NCBI GenBank assembly: GCA_951406725.2 | Contig: OX597814.1 | Span: forward strand, 182,156,001 to 182,220,000 | Direction: 5' to 3' | DNA from: Octopus vulgaris | Taxonomy: Eukaryota | Length of the DNA: 64,000 bases | Shown: positions 25,881-37,009 of the stretch, piece by piece | Position numbering within the stretch: the first letter of the stretch is position 1 | Layout of the letters: each line of letters starts with the position of its first letter | Position numbers and translations under genes: made by a program | Notes under the pieces: model-generated | Databases searched by the model: none | What the model was told of the DNA's origin: nothing | The model's input: the letters and a program-made list of their open reading frames with translations, nothing else

Positions 25881-26231
25881 GGTAGGATGGAGGACATAGT
25901 ATGGTAGTGTGCCAGTGGATTGTATATTGTTGGGACTTAAAGTTTACCTATGTGGTATATGATGTTTCTTGGATTTGGTCTTTTGTATAATTATGTAGAT
26001 ATGATTGTACAATAGCATAAAGTATATTTGCTCGTGGCAGAAACTGCTGTTAAGGACTAAAGTTGTTTCTGAAATGATTCATTCAAAATTTAAGTGTTTA
26101 GAATAAGTGGGTCCTATTTATGGATGGAAATTTTGCTGTTATGTGGAACAAGTTAAAACAAGTTATATAGGAGATATGTTGTTGACTGAAGTAGCTTATA
26201 GCCCTGAAGAGAAAACATATCCTATGGATAA

Positions 26232-26465
26232 AGGTGATGAGCTGGCAGAAATGTTAGCATGCCGGGCGAAATGCTTTGTGGTATTTCGTCCGCGGCTGCA
26301 TTCTGAGTTCAAATTCCGCTGAGGTCGACTTTGTCTTTCATCCTTTTGGGGTTGATAAATTAAGTACCAGTTACGCAATGGGGTCGATGTAATCGACTTA
26401 ATCTGTTTGTCTGTCCTTGTTTGTCGCCTCTATGTTTAGCCCCTTGTGGGCAATACAGAAATAAG
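26232..26465 (+). mobile_element. SINE with Nin/Deu-like core (family S3)
   Basis: GAGCTGGCAGAAATGTTAGC head and CTTTCATCCTTTTGGGGTTGATAAATTAAGTACCAG core; other copies near 32372, 37765, 49920, 58432 and 60475. Confidence 0.8.
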
Positions 26466-26644
26466 AAAACATATCCTATGGAATTCTTGTGAGAGAATAT
26501 CGGTAGTTGTTTTTGCTGTTGTTTAACCTTAGGTAAGTTATGATTGAGCAGATATAGTGTATTTAAAACATTATTCAATGTTCAGTATGATATAAAAGAG
26601 ATTGGCTACTATTTCTAGTATGTCGAACAATTATGGAGTTGGTT

Positions 26645-26872
26645 TATTCCTTTAGTGTTCAGATTATTTTGTCAAAAGTAATGCTTATTTATTTACATTG
26701 TTATGAATTAATCAAGCATCATCTTGTAGCTTTGAGATTTTGATGCTGCAATTGTTTATTTTTAGAATAACATTGTAGGGTGGGTGTGAGAGGTTGTATC
26801 TGGCTGGTTTGAACATAAAACAAGTAAAATGCCTGGGCTAGATTATGACTGGTTTAAGTTCTAAATGGTTAA
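26645..26872 (-). mobile_element. piggyBac-type MITE, degraded (second copy at 45038-45262)
   Basis: CCTTTAG...TAAATGG|TTAA ends; reverse-complement similarity to 45038-45262. Confidence 0.55.
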
Positions 26873-27275
26873 ATCAGCAACAATTGTATATAGGTAACTA
26901 TTTGTCACTATTGAAAAGGTTGCAACACGCAACGAAAATTTTAGGAAAATAAAAATAAGAAATAAGTGGAAATTTTACCGGTGAGTGTGTTAAATAATAA
27001 GGCACAAAAAGAAAATGACTCTCCCCAGACACAACAGAGTATTTGTAACCCTTTTTCTATTTTTCACTTCTTATAGTAAAATCTCCACTTGCTTATATTA
27101 CAGACTTTATTTCTGTGTTTTTACATTTTCTTTCTTTTTTTTATTTTTGCAGTTTGAAAGATATTGTTTAAATCAATGTGTATGAAAAATGATGATTGAA
27201 ATTCTCCTGTCATGTGGAATGACTACTGAATTCATTTGGAAAATATAATGGTTTCAACATTTTTATGTCAATGTC

Positions 27276-28451
27276 ATGTTTAATGGCAAAAGAAGAAGCC
27301 TTCTTTTTGAAAGTGGATGTACTGATACAAAACAGTCTACCATTCAGACACTTTTAAATTTCAGCTTTCAAGAAAGCCAACACCAATTGGATAATGAATC
27401 TGTTAATGCTGATAATGTGAACGGAATTACTGATGGTTGGAAAAAAGTCACCTCAATATATGTGCCTGAACCAAAAAATACAACAAGGCTTAAGAAAAAG
27501 TTCAATGGACAATCTCGTAGTTTAGGCTGTTTCGGTAATTACCGTTATGATCGTAGAAAAATGAAACTATTATTCACAGATAATTTAAAATTGATATACA
27601 ATTCAGAGAATTATGAATATATTCCTTTGAATGGAGTTTATCAGGTTTCAAAATCTGCCGAAGCATTTTCTGATGCACTAAACTGCAAGAGAGGTAATTT
27701 TGGAAAACGCATTCTGCTTCCTTTGAATGAGCCAGTTTCCTCACAAAAAGAAGTTAATTTAGTTGAGGAAAATAAATCATGTTTCAGCTTATCACCGGAG
27801 ACTGAAAATAATTATCAGTCAGCAAAAACTAAAAATGTATCATCTTCAGCTTCACTTTCTGATTTGAGAATTGGTGTTGATAATCCGTTTACTTTGCTGA
27901 AAAAAACTTTGAATAAGAATCAGCTTCCAAAAAGTAAAAGTGCTGATATCAAGGGAAAAAATACATATTCAACAATTTTTGAAAAATTTAAAGAAATGTT
28001 CTTTGATGAATTAGTTCCGAGAGAACAGCAAATAAGTAAAAATATTTACTACAACTCGGTTATATACCCTCAATTAAAGTATCCAGATTTAGGTTCATCT
28101 GTTCATTTGAAGTCAGTGATGCAAGAAAGGAAATGCCATGAAAGCTCTCAAACTTCTAAAAACAGTGACCACTCTACTGGCTCAAGCACCTCTCAAACAA
28201 ATTCTAATGCTAACTCTTATGATATTACCTCATCACTCAAAACAAAAGGTCTCCAAACACCAAAGAAAGGAAACAAGGCTGTCGCTGTTAATGAAACAAG
28301 TAAGAATTTAATCTACAGACATAATAATTCTAACATTGTTATACAGCCAGATGTGATTTGTAAACAATCTGACACTTTGACTGAAGAGGTTTTACCAGAA
28401 ATTTTTGGGAAAAGGATCAAAGCTAACCCCAGCATACATCGGTGGTTATAA
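27276..28451 (+). CDS. Uncharacterised 391-aa K/N/S-rich protein (single large coding exon)
   Basis: 1176-nt open frame in very AT-rich DNA with no TE motifs. Strong acceptor TTTTTGCAG at 27152 upstream and AATAAA ~40 nt after the stop. Confidence 0.7.
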   Translation: MFNGKRRSLLFESGCTDTKQSTIQTLLNFSFQESQHQLDNESVNADNVNGITDGWKKVTSIYVPEPKNTTRLKKKFNGQSRSLGCFGNYRYDRRKMKLLFTDNLKLIYNSENYEYIPLNGVYQVSKSAEAFSDALNCKRGNFGKRILLPLNEPVSSQKEVNLVEENKSCFSLSPETENNYQSAKTKNVSSSASLSDLRIGVDNPFTLLKKTLNKNQLPKSKSADIKGKNTYSTIFEKFKEMFFDELVPREQQISKNIYYNSVIYPQLKYPDLGSSVHLKSVMQERKCHESSQTSKNSDHSTGSSTSQTNSNANSYDITSSLKTKGLQTPKKGNKAVAVNETSKNLIYRHNNSNIVIQPDVICKQSDTLTEEVLPEIFGKRIKANPSIHRWL

Positions 28452-28541
28452 ATTCAGTTTATTGGCAATAGGTAGTATGTGTTAGGAAAATAAAATTTTA
28501 TAGTTTATCAAATTTATAGCAATTTATTTCCATCTTAAATA

Positions 28542-29501
28542 CCGTAAATCCTCGAGTATAATCCGCATTTTTTTCCTAAAATTTAAAGGTCAAAATCCCC
28601 AGTACGTACTATATACGAGGTTAAAAATGAAAAATATTTTCTAAGCGATGTCCAAGTCTCTGCTGTCCAGCATCGTTTATTCAGATGCATTTTGTGTTGT
28701 CGGGCACGAAAATACCTCAAGCTAAGCCTGAAAGCAATGAAGTCACAAAAGAATCATCCATAACTTGCAGTAGGCAACATTTATTAAAATAAAAGTATTA
28801 AGAACACAGAATAACATGTAATAAAAACAATTTGCAAACATATTTACATTCCCATATAACAGTTAAGAACATCACCATTATTGTATTATGCATGCACGGA
28901 AGTGTTTGTTTGACTAGGTGCTGTTGGCTTAATTACACACAAATTGTGCTTGATAGTTTAGCACTAACTAGTTCATCCTGCTGTTTGTATTGGCAGTTTG
29001 CATCATTACCGTGGCAAAAAATAGATACTTATTTAAATACCAGTATTAAATGTTTGAACTACTGTGGGTCTTTACTTGAGTTTTTTTTATAAGTGGGACT
29101 TAAACCTGTACATTAATCTTCAATAAAGCATTTTATACATTACATGCCCATAAAATGCCTAATAGATCTTATTCAGTTATGTTTAAACTTGAAGTTATAT
29201 CATATGCTGAAAAGCATGGTAATAGGGCCGCCAGAAGAAAATTTGATATTGACGAAAGCAATGTCAGGTTATGGAGAAGAAATAAAGATGAAATTAAATG
29301 GATACCAAAGATAAAGAAGGCAATAATAAAGGACATTACCGTATACATTCTTACAAACCAAGGACATTATATAGACCTCTTTGACTCAAGTTAGAGAAGG
29401 GGTGCGCATTATACACAAGGTTTAGGTTTTTCAGAAGTGCAGCCCCCTAAAAATCCCCTGCATATTATACTCAAGGGCGGACTATACTCGAGGATTTATG
29501 G
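28542..29501 (+). mobile_element. pogo-family non-autonomous transposon retaining a Brinker-type DNA-binding ORF (29155-29394)
   Basis: TA|CCGTAAATCCTCGAGTATA ... TATACTCGAGGATTTATGG|TA; ORF RSYSVMFKLEVISYAEKHGNRAARRKFDIDESNVRLWRR. Confidence 0.92.
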
Positions 29502-29849
29502 TATGTCTTTGTAAAAAATGTTGTTAATTTTGATTTTTAAATTCATGCATCATGTAGGGATTCATGAGTTTGTTTAATGAATGTCGTTTGAGATATAAGG
29601 TAAATAAACCTCCAACTTGAGATATTCCTTAAGTAATTTTGTAGTCTGATTAGTTTTAGTAAATGAAAAGAAGATATATATTTAGATATATTTTAAAAAA
29701 TTGTTTATATAAAAAGCAATATTTCTCCACTGATTTTTGTTATAAATGAATATAATAATTTTTAATTAGTTGATCTTTGCTAATCATTCCCATTTAGATG
29801 GATGTAGTTGTTTCCATTTAAATACCTATTGATCAACATCTGCTGCAAA

Positions 29850-30290
29850 AAATGTGGCCAAAGAAGAAATTCCAGGGTGTTGTAACTCTGGAAAGGAATG
29901 ATTGGGTAAGTGTTTAATACAGGAGCACAATAACAATGTGAGGAAGAAAAAAGGCAAGTGCATCAGAAGGGATTGGATAGCAGTGATACGCAGCTTACTA
30001 GCAGCACCTGTTACTGTAGATGTAGGAGGAAAGAAATAGATGAGAAACAGCTTGTGAGAAAATGATTGTAGCATAATGATGAGTGAATTTTTGCCAGTCA
30101 GCTGGGGAGGAAGTTAGCTTTTGAATGTGGTTTAAGATGTTTGCATTTATGATAGCTTAACAGTCTTTGTTATAAGCAGTATTCTGATGCAGGTCTTATT
30201 TGAGCTTTGCAGTGAGAAGCAATTGATCTTGGCTGAGGTATTGCTTAACTCCAATGAAGAAACCTAGTTTTTGAGTTGCAGTTTTTGTAA
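29850..30290 (-). mobile_element. Old CR1/L2/Jockey-type LINE 3' remnant
   Basis: ITKTATQKLGFFIGVKQYLSQDQLLL / KAQIRPASEYC resembles the post-RT YKAQIRPxLEYC motif. Confidence 0.6.
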
Positions 30291-30390
30291 TAATAAATCT
30301 CTGAACGCAAGATCAGTGACGTAAAGTTACTGGAAAACGGATATTAATATTTGCATTGGGAACTCCTTTCATCGAAAACCGGTGATTGTC

Positions 30391-30437
30391 ATACACTGAT
30401 GACGGGTCAAGACCCAGAAACTGCTGTCCGTGCGTAT
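30391..30437 (+). ncRNA. Minimal hammerhead ribozyme motif, slightly degenerate
   Basis: ACA CTGATGA C GGGTC-AA-GACCC A GAAA CTGCTG TC^CGT. The core is complete, with single mismatches in stem I and in the stem III palindrome. Confidence 0.65.
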
Positions 30438-31789
30438 CACTTAGGTTGACGAGGGAAGGATGACCTCCCTTTGCAAATACCGATAGGGCACAGAAAATGT
30501 GTCAATAGCCAGCTGGAGACAATGTTCTCCTGGGGCTACAAGCTACAGTAACACCCACCCTTAGTGGTTAGTCATATTGAGATGGCAAATATACCTCACA
30601 TAGTTTTTGTAATGTTTTATGTAATATTGCATGATGCATTCAACTTTGAGAATTTTAATTGTATGCGTTTAATATGTAAAGCAGGTGTAGTGCAAGATGG
30701 TTTTAGTCAGTCTGGGGCTGTAATAGAAAATACTTACCCAAGGTGCTCTGCAGTGTGACTGAACCCAAAACCATGTGGTTGGGAAGCAAACTTCTCACCA
30801 CACAGCCACACCTGTGCATGCTAATTGAAAATGGATCTGTGAATTGTCTGCTGATTTCAACACTTGCTCTTATATTATCATGAAAGGACTTGATATCTGT
30901 AAATTTATCAGGATAACCAAATTTTCTGAGAATTGTCTATAATGCATTGCAATACATTGAACCAATGAAGTCAGTGAATTAATAATAGAAGTCAGGTTTC
31001 TGTTCATTGCATTTCTCTTGTCATTGACAAGCTGAAAATATGTCATTGGTTTTTCATCTCCTGGTTGAGACTCAGGAAGAAGGGATATCCCAACATATTA
31101 ATATGTTGAATGAGCAAAACAGGAATAATTCTGCTTAATATTTTCCTTACATCACTGATGATTAAAATGCCTTGAGAATTACTTCTTGTGTCTTTAATAT
31201 CTTCAATAATGTATCTCTCCAGTCTTGAAAACTGAACAATATACTTCACAGATTACACATAAAATTGTCCAGAAGATTCAACACCCTATTTCCTCCTAAT
31301 CTGAACACTTCTGCTGGAATAAAATCAATACCAAAAGCTTTTTTTTATTTTCAAGCTTACGCAAAATATATCTTTCTTTACTGAAAATAAGAAGATTATC
31401 TAGAAGGTGTTTTATAAGAACTTTCTGAATGAGTCCCAAAAAGGACCATTCAGTGCTTGATAAGCAATTTAGTAGATCACTAAAATATTTTTGTCACCTT
31501 TGAAGGATCTTATTTGAATATTTAATAAATGTTTTGCTATCCTTAGCCCTAATAAGAAGCTCAGGAAATTAATCAAGGATCAGAAATTTGATTTTTAAGA
31601 GAATAAAATTCTTTAATATACTTTCTGTTATATGCTTTCTGAAAATCATTGGCATGTTCAATCCATTATTTGTTTTTCATTGTTCTGATTTCCTTCTGAA
31701 TTCTTGATTTAACAGTTTTATATTGGGTCAGTAATTTTCATTTTTAGAGGGTTCTTTACATAGATCTCTTTGCAAGGATCATAAGCTTA

Positions 31790-32345
31790 TCATCATCATC
31801 ATCATCGTCGTCGTTTAACGTCCGCTTTCCATGCTACCATGGATTGGAGGATTTGACTGAGGACTGGTGAACCAGATGGCTGCAGCAGACTCCAATATGA
31901 TCTGGCAGAGTTTCTACAGCTGGATGCCCTTCCTAACGCTAACAACTCTGAGAGTGTAGTGGGTGCTTTTACATGCCACTGGCATGAGGGCCAGTCAGGT
32001 GGTACTGGCAATGGCCACGCTCAAATGGTGCTTTTTTATGTGCCACCTGCACAGGAGCCAGTCCAGCGGCACTGGCAATGACCTTTCTTGAATGTTTTTT
32101 CACATGCCACCAGCACAAAAGCCAGTAAGGTGATGCAGGTAATGATCACGCTCAAGTGGTGCTTTTTACGTGCCATCAGCACAGAGGCCAGCTTGTTGCT
32201 CTGTCAATGATCACGCTTGTATGGTACTCTTAGTGCTCCACTAGCATGGATGCCAGTCATCGAATTTGATTTTGATTTCGATTTCACTTGCCTCAACAGG
32301 TCTTTGCAAGCAGAGTTTAGTGTCCAATGAAGGAAAGGTATGCAT
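31790..32345 (-). mobile_element. RTE 3' UTR/tail copy with about 5 tandem units
   Basis: (CAT)n, CAGCTGGATGCCCTTCCTAA and repeated GGTGCTTTTACGTGCCACC. Confidence 0.88.
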
Positions 32346-33135
32346 AGGAAAGATACTTTTGTTAAAACCAAAGGCAGCAAACTGGTGGAATTGTTAGTGT
32401 ATTGGGTAAAATGCTTAGAAGCATTTCTTCTGACTCTCTATGTTTTGAGTTCAAATTTTGCTAAGGTTGGCTTTGCTTTTCATCCTTTTGGGGCTGTTAA
32501 AATAATTACCAGTTGAGAGCACGGGGTCAGTGTAATTGACTAGCATCCCCTCCCTCAAGATTTCAGGCCTTGTGCCTGTATTAGAAAGAATTATTATCGT
32601 CAAACTCAAGTTGGCAGATTATCAGAATCATTAGCACATTGGGAAGGTGCTTTGTGACATTTATTTTGGCACTTTAAATTCAAGCTCAAATTCTGCTGAT
32701 CACTTACACAAAAATTGTTGGCCTTGTAACAAATTTGAAACCATTATTGTCAAACCAGTCCTTGCTTTTTGACTAAGCAACACCCAATATTTCTTTTGAA
32801 ATTTACTAAGTCTTGTTTTTGAAGCTTTCCCATGCAATAGTTTAATTCACCTGCCAATAAATTAAGGCTTTGCTCTCACTCTTGCCTTACAGATGTAAAG
32901 AAACCAATACTGGTTGTTAAATGATGGTGGGGGCACAAAGAAAAACACCAAGACACACATACATAGATATATACATATATGACAGGATTCTTTCAACTTC
33001 TGTCTACTAAATCCACTCACAAAGCTTTGGTTGACCTGGGGTTATAGTAGAAGACACTTGCCAAAGGTAATCTCACCATGGCATTGAACCCAGAAACATG
33101 TGGCTGAAAGCAACTTACCACACAACCATGCTTGA

Positions 33136-33582
33136 TACATAAAAAGCACCATCCGAACGTGGCCATTGCCAGCACCACCTCGACTGGCTTCTGTGCTGGT
33201 GGCACATAAAAAGCACCGTCCGAATGTGGCCAATGCCAGCGCCGCCTCGGCTGGCTTCTGTGCCGGTGGCACATGAAAAGCACCATCCAAATGTGGCCGA
33301 TGCCAGTGCCGCCTTGGCTGGCTTCCGTGCCGGTGGCACGTTAAAAGCACCAACCGATCGTGGCCGATGCCAGACCCCCTTGGCACCTGTGCAGGTGGCA
33401 CGTAAAAAGCACCCACTACACTCGCGGAATGGTTGGCGTTAGGAAGGGCATCCAGCTGTAGAAACACTGCCAGATCAGACTGGAGCCTGGTGCAGCCCTG
33501 GCTTCCCAGACCCCGGTCAAACCGTCCAACCCGTGCTAGCGCGGAAAACGGACGTTAAACGATGATGATGATGATGATGATG
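33136..33582 (+). mobile_element. RTE 3' UTR/tail copy (young, CpG-rich)
   Basis: Four ~67-bp units, the tail motif and (GAT)n. Confidence 0.9.
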
Positions 33583-33867
33583 AATTAAAGTTCTCAAGTT
33601 CCAATAAGCAACCAGAAAATTGAATGTGCTTTTTGGAAGATGTTTGATAAAGTTCAGGACTGGTGAGCTCAAGTCTTGTAGGCCCTTTTTGGCATTACCT
33701 TGTAAAATATACAGTTCATGAATTTGATAGGGTTTTTATAGTTTAGGGCTACTGCAAGCCATACATTATCAACGGGAATGTATAACCAAAGAATACACAA
33801 TATGTATGTTTGTATGTATGTACAGTGATACCTGGCAGTACGAGTTTAATTCGTTCCATGACTGAGC
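33583..33867 (+). repeat. 285-bp segment duplicated at 37307-37591
   Basis: Near-identical direct copy (about 3 substitutions seen) spanning unique DNA plus the left end of a Tigger MITE. Confidence 0.95.
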
Positions 33868-34202
33868 TTGTTTTATGATTTACTTGTTTTACAAATCAAT
33901 TTTTCCCCATAGAAATTAACTAAAGTATAATTAATCTATTCTAGCCTCCACTCAAAAATAATTTTTTATGGGTTTTAAAATAGAAAAGGTGTAGTTACAA
34001 GTAAAATAACAGTTATAAAAAAGAGAATGTGAAAGAAATATGTTAACTGGTTTTTATTAACTGAATTACCTTAAAGATGGGATGATTTGTGTGCTTGTAC
34101 AGTGGATTTCCGATTGTACATCAAGACAAAAATTTGCATGAGTCTCATCTTGTACAGCAGATTACTTGTACAATGAAACACTCGTACTGTGAGGTTCTAC
34201 TG
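33823..34202. mobile_element. Tigger-derived MITE (380 bp)
   Basis: TA|CAGTGATACCTGGCAGTACGAG ... CTCGTACTGTGAGGTTCTACTG|TA; the first ~265 bp align to 21396-21660. Confidence 0.9.
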
Positions 34203-34232
34203 TATATACATACATACATACATACATATATA

Positions 34233-34533
34233 TGTGGAGGTGCAATGGCCCAGTGGTTAGGGGCAGCGGATTTGCGATCGTAGGATTGCGGTTTCGATTC
34301 CCATACCGGGCGTTGTGAGTGTTTATTGAGCGAAAACACCTTAAGCTCCACAAGCCTCCACCAGGAGGTGGTAGCGATCCCTGGTGTATTCTTTCGCCAC
34401 AAGTTTCTCTCTTTCTTCTGTTGGCATACTCGCTTAGCCAGCAGGGTGCCGTCACTTGGAAGCTAAAACAAAGCGAAGCACATTGTGACCAACGATGTGT
34501 AGCAACATCTGATAGCCTGGTCGGTCACGGTGA
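34233..34533 (+). mobile_element. tRNA(Arg)-like SINE, S2b head with a different 3' tail
   Basis: Head matches the 45462 copy; tail TGTGACCAACGATGTGTAGCAACATCTGATAGCCTGGTCGGTCACGG differs. Confidence 0.8.
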
Positions 34534-34540
34534 TATATAT

Positions 34541-34749
34541 CATCATCATCATCATCATCATCGTTTAACGTCCGTTCTCCATGCTAGCATGGGTTGGACG
34601 GTTCGACCGGGGATCTGGGAAGCCAGAAGGCTGCACCAGGCTCCGGTCTTATCTGGCAATGTTTCTACAGCTGGATGCCCTTCCTAACGCCAACCACTCC
34701 GTGAGTGTAGTGGGTGCTTTTTATGTGCCACCTGCACTGGAGCCACTGG

Positions 34750-34750
<1 letters not shown>
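34541..34750 (-). mobile_element. RTE tail copy
   Basis: (CAT)n plus tail motif. Confidence 0.88.
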
Positions 34751-34782
<32 letters not shown>

Positions 34783-34840
34783 CATATACATATAAGAAAA
34801 TAAAATGACAAAATAAATGATTATCTTATGAACTTCATTA

Positions 34841-34919
34841 GCTTGCAGCTGTTTCTGCTATAAGATGCATTGGACTCATATTTGAGTGCTTGAGTAACAT
34901 TTTATTACTTCGTCAGAGC
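34841..34919 (-). ncRNA. Hammerhead-like motif with long stem II insert and mutated cleavage triplet
   Basis: Minus strand: GCT CTGACGA [54 nt] GAAA CAGCTG CA^AGC. Stem I is GCT/AGC; GCA replaces GUH. Confidence 0.55.
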
Positions 34920-35363
34920 CTCGAATACGAAGTGCATTTTATTAGGAAAAGAATTACATTTGTAATTCTTTCTATTTCACTCTTTTGTTTTTTTTTATTT
35001 GTCAGTTGGTTACCTTGGTTACCTATTTAACCAATTAACTAATCGATTGTTTGATTAAACATTTTGTCAGTCAATCACTCAATCAACTAGGTTTGTTAAC
35101 ATGCTTTCATTGCCATTCGCAACCTTAAAAATGACATATCCTCTCTACTATAAGTCTGCTTCAGGTCTACCTGACTCTGTGTATGTATATGTGTAGTTGG
35201 TGTTAAGAAGTGCTTCAAGACATAGAAACTATGCCAAAGCTGACACTGGAACCTGAGACAGTCTTCTGGTTTGTCAGCTCCTGTCAAACTCTGCAACCTA
35301 TGCCAGCAGGGAAAATAGATGTTAAACAGTGATAATGATGAGGATGATGTATACATACATAAA

Positions 35364-35800
35364 CATCATCATCATCATCATCGTTTAACATCCGCTTTCC
35401 ATGCTAGCATGGGTTGGACTATTTGACTGAGGACTGGCGAACCAGATGGCTGCACCAGGCTACAATCTTGATTTGGCAAAGTTTCTACAGCTGGATGCCC
35501 TTCCTAACGCCAACCACTCCGAGAGTGTAGTGGGTGCTTTTATGTGCCACAGGCACAGAGGCCAGTCAGGCGGTACTGGCAACGGCCATGCTCAAATGGT
35601 GCTTTTTATGTGCCACCCGCACAGTAGCCAGTCCAGCGGCACAGGCAATGACCTTGCTCGAATGTTTTTTCACATGCCACCAGCACAAGTACCAGTAAGG
35701 CGATGCAGGTAACAATCACGCTCGATTGGTGCTTTTTACATGCCACCAGCATGGAGGCCAGTTTGTTGCTCTGGCAACGATCACACTTGGATGGTACTCT
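35364..35800 (-). mobile_element. RTE tail copy with tandem units
   Basis: Same motifs as 31790-32345. Confidence 0.88.
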
Positions 35801-35821
35801 TATATATATATATATATATAT

Positions 35822-36125
35822 AATGCAAATAAGAAAATGGAGAAAGAAATTCAGCTCGTTCATCAACTTGTAAAATGAATAAATAATGTAAAATTGTAAT
35901 ATCCGTAAGTTGATGAACAAGCTGAATTTGTTTCTCCATTTTCTTATTTGTATTATAAATTTACGGTAAAAATATTTTTTTACCTTCACCCATTTAATAC
36001 AATAAATGAATTAATTGCATTGCAATTAAAAACATTTGTGTATTAAGAATTTGGGTACTTTACCAACAGTATATTGGATAATTGATATCCCATAGTGGGT
36101 TACATTCATAACCCCTATCTTACTT
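35822..36125. mobile_element. Fold-back terminal fragment inserted in (TA)n (Penelope-like?)
   Basis: 44-bp inverted arms at 35826-35869 and 35907-35950; body is the reverse complement of 55299-55500; (TA)n on both sides. Confidence 0.55.
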
Positions 36126-37009
36126 TATATATATATATATAATACATGTATGTATGTGACAGAGTATGGTTTGATGGTTAGGATGTCGCCCTCATGATTG
36201 CAAGATCATGGTTTAAAAACCCAGAGTGGCAGTGCATTTGACACAATAGAGAACCAAAACCAGGTATTTTAAAGTGTGCACAATTTTGCCGACCATTTTG
36301 AGATAAAGTTACGTTTTTCATACCCTAGAATGAAAAGATTTTCATTGACAAAGATTTTCATTAACAAACCTAGAAATAATTTGATAATGAAAATATCTGT
36401 CAAATATATAATAATTTGATTTCATACACCCCTCTCACAAATATGTATCTTTTATTTAAGTAAAATACATTTTTATTATTTATCTATACATTAGATTATA
36501 GTAGTGAACAATACTGAGCTGATGTAAATCAAAACTGCATGTTTTACAGTTGCTACCCAAGTAAGTTATAGTTGTGGTTGTGTCAAGTATATTTATAAAT
36601 ATCTTAGGGTAATTATTGATTATAATATAAAGAAGTATTTTGAATTAAGTGTGGTTTGAATTGCAGCCATGTTGGGCACTGCATACAAAGGTTTAGTCAA
36701 GCATATTGACTCTAGTAATTATTTCAAAGTAGTATGAATGTAAACACACACACATTCTCTCTCTTTCACACATACCTACACATAAATTTACTCATGCATA
36801 CACTCATGGCTGTACACACACACACACACACACAATGGGCTTCTATACAGTTTCTGTCCAATAAAATTCACTCAAGGCATTAATCAACTTTTGGATGCAA
36901 TAAGATACTTGCCCAAGATGCTATGCTGTGGAACTGAACCCAGAACAATATGGTTATGAAGTGGATTTTTTAACCTTACACCTATGTCTGTAACTATGTT
37001 ACTGGTGTT

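Noticed and set aside
28440-29807. Alternative splice CG|GTGGTT to ttag|ATGGATGTAG giving IHRWM* instead of IHRWL*
   Set aside because: The donor is very weak and the near-identical C-terminus is plausibly coincidence; needs RNA-seq.
31043-31460. Host coding exon
   Set aside because: NSQGILIISDVRKILSRII resembles the RT NYRGISLLS..GKILARI motif, so it is a heavily decayed LINE fragment.
33136-33420. CRISPR-like array (GGTGGCACGTAAAAAGCACC repeats with ~45-bp spacers)
   Set aside because: Spacers are homologous to one another, the array sits in an RTE 3' UTR with many dispersed copies, and the context is eukaryotic with no cas genes.
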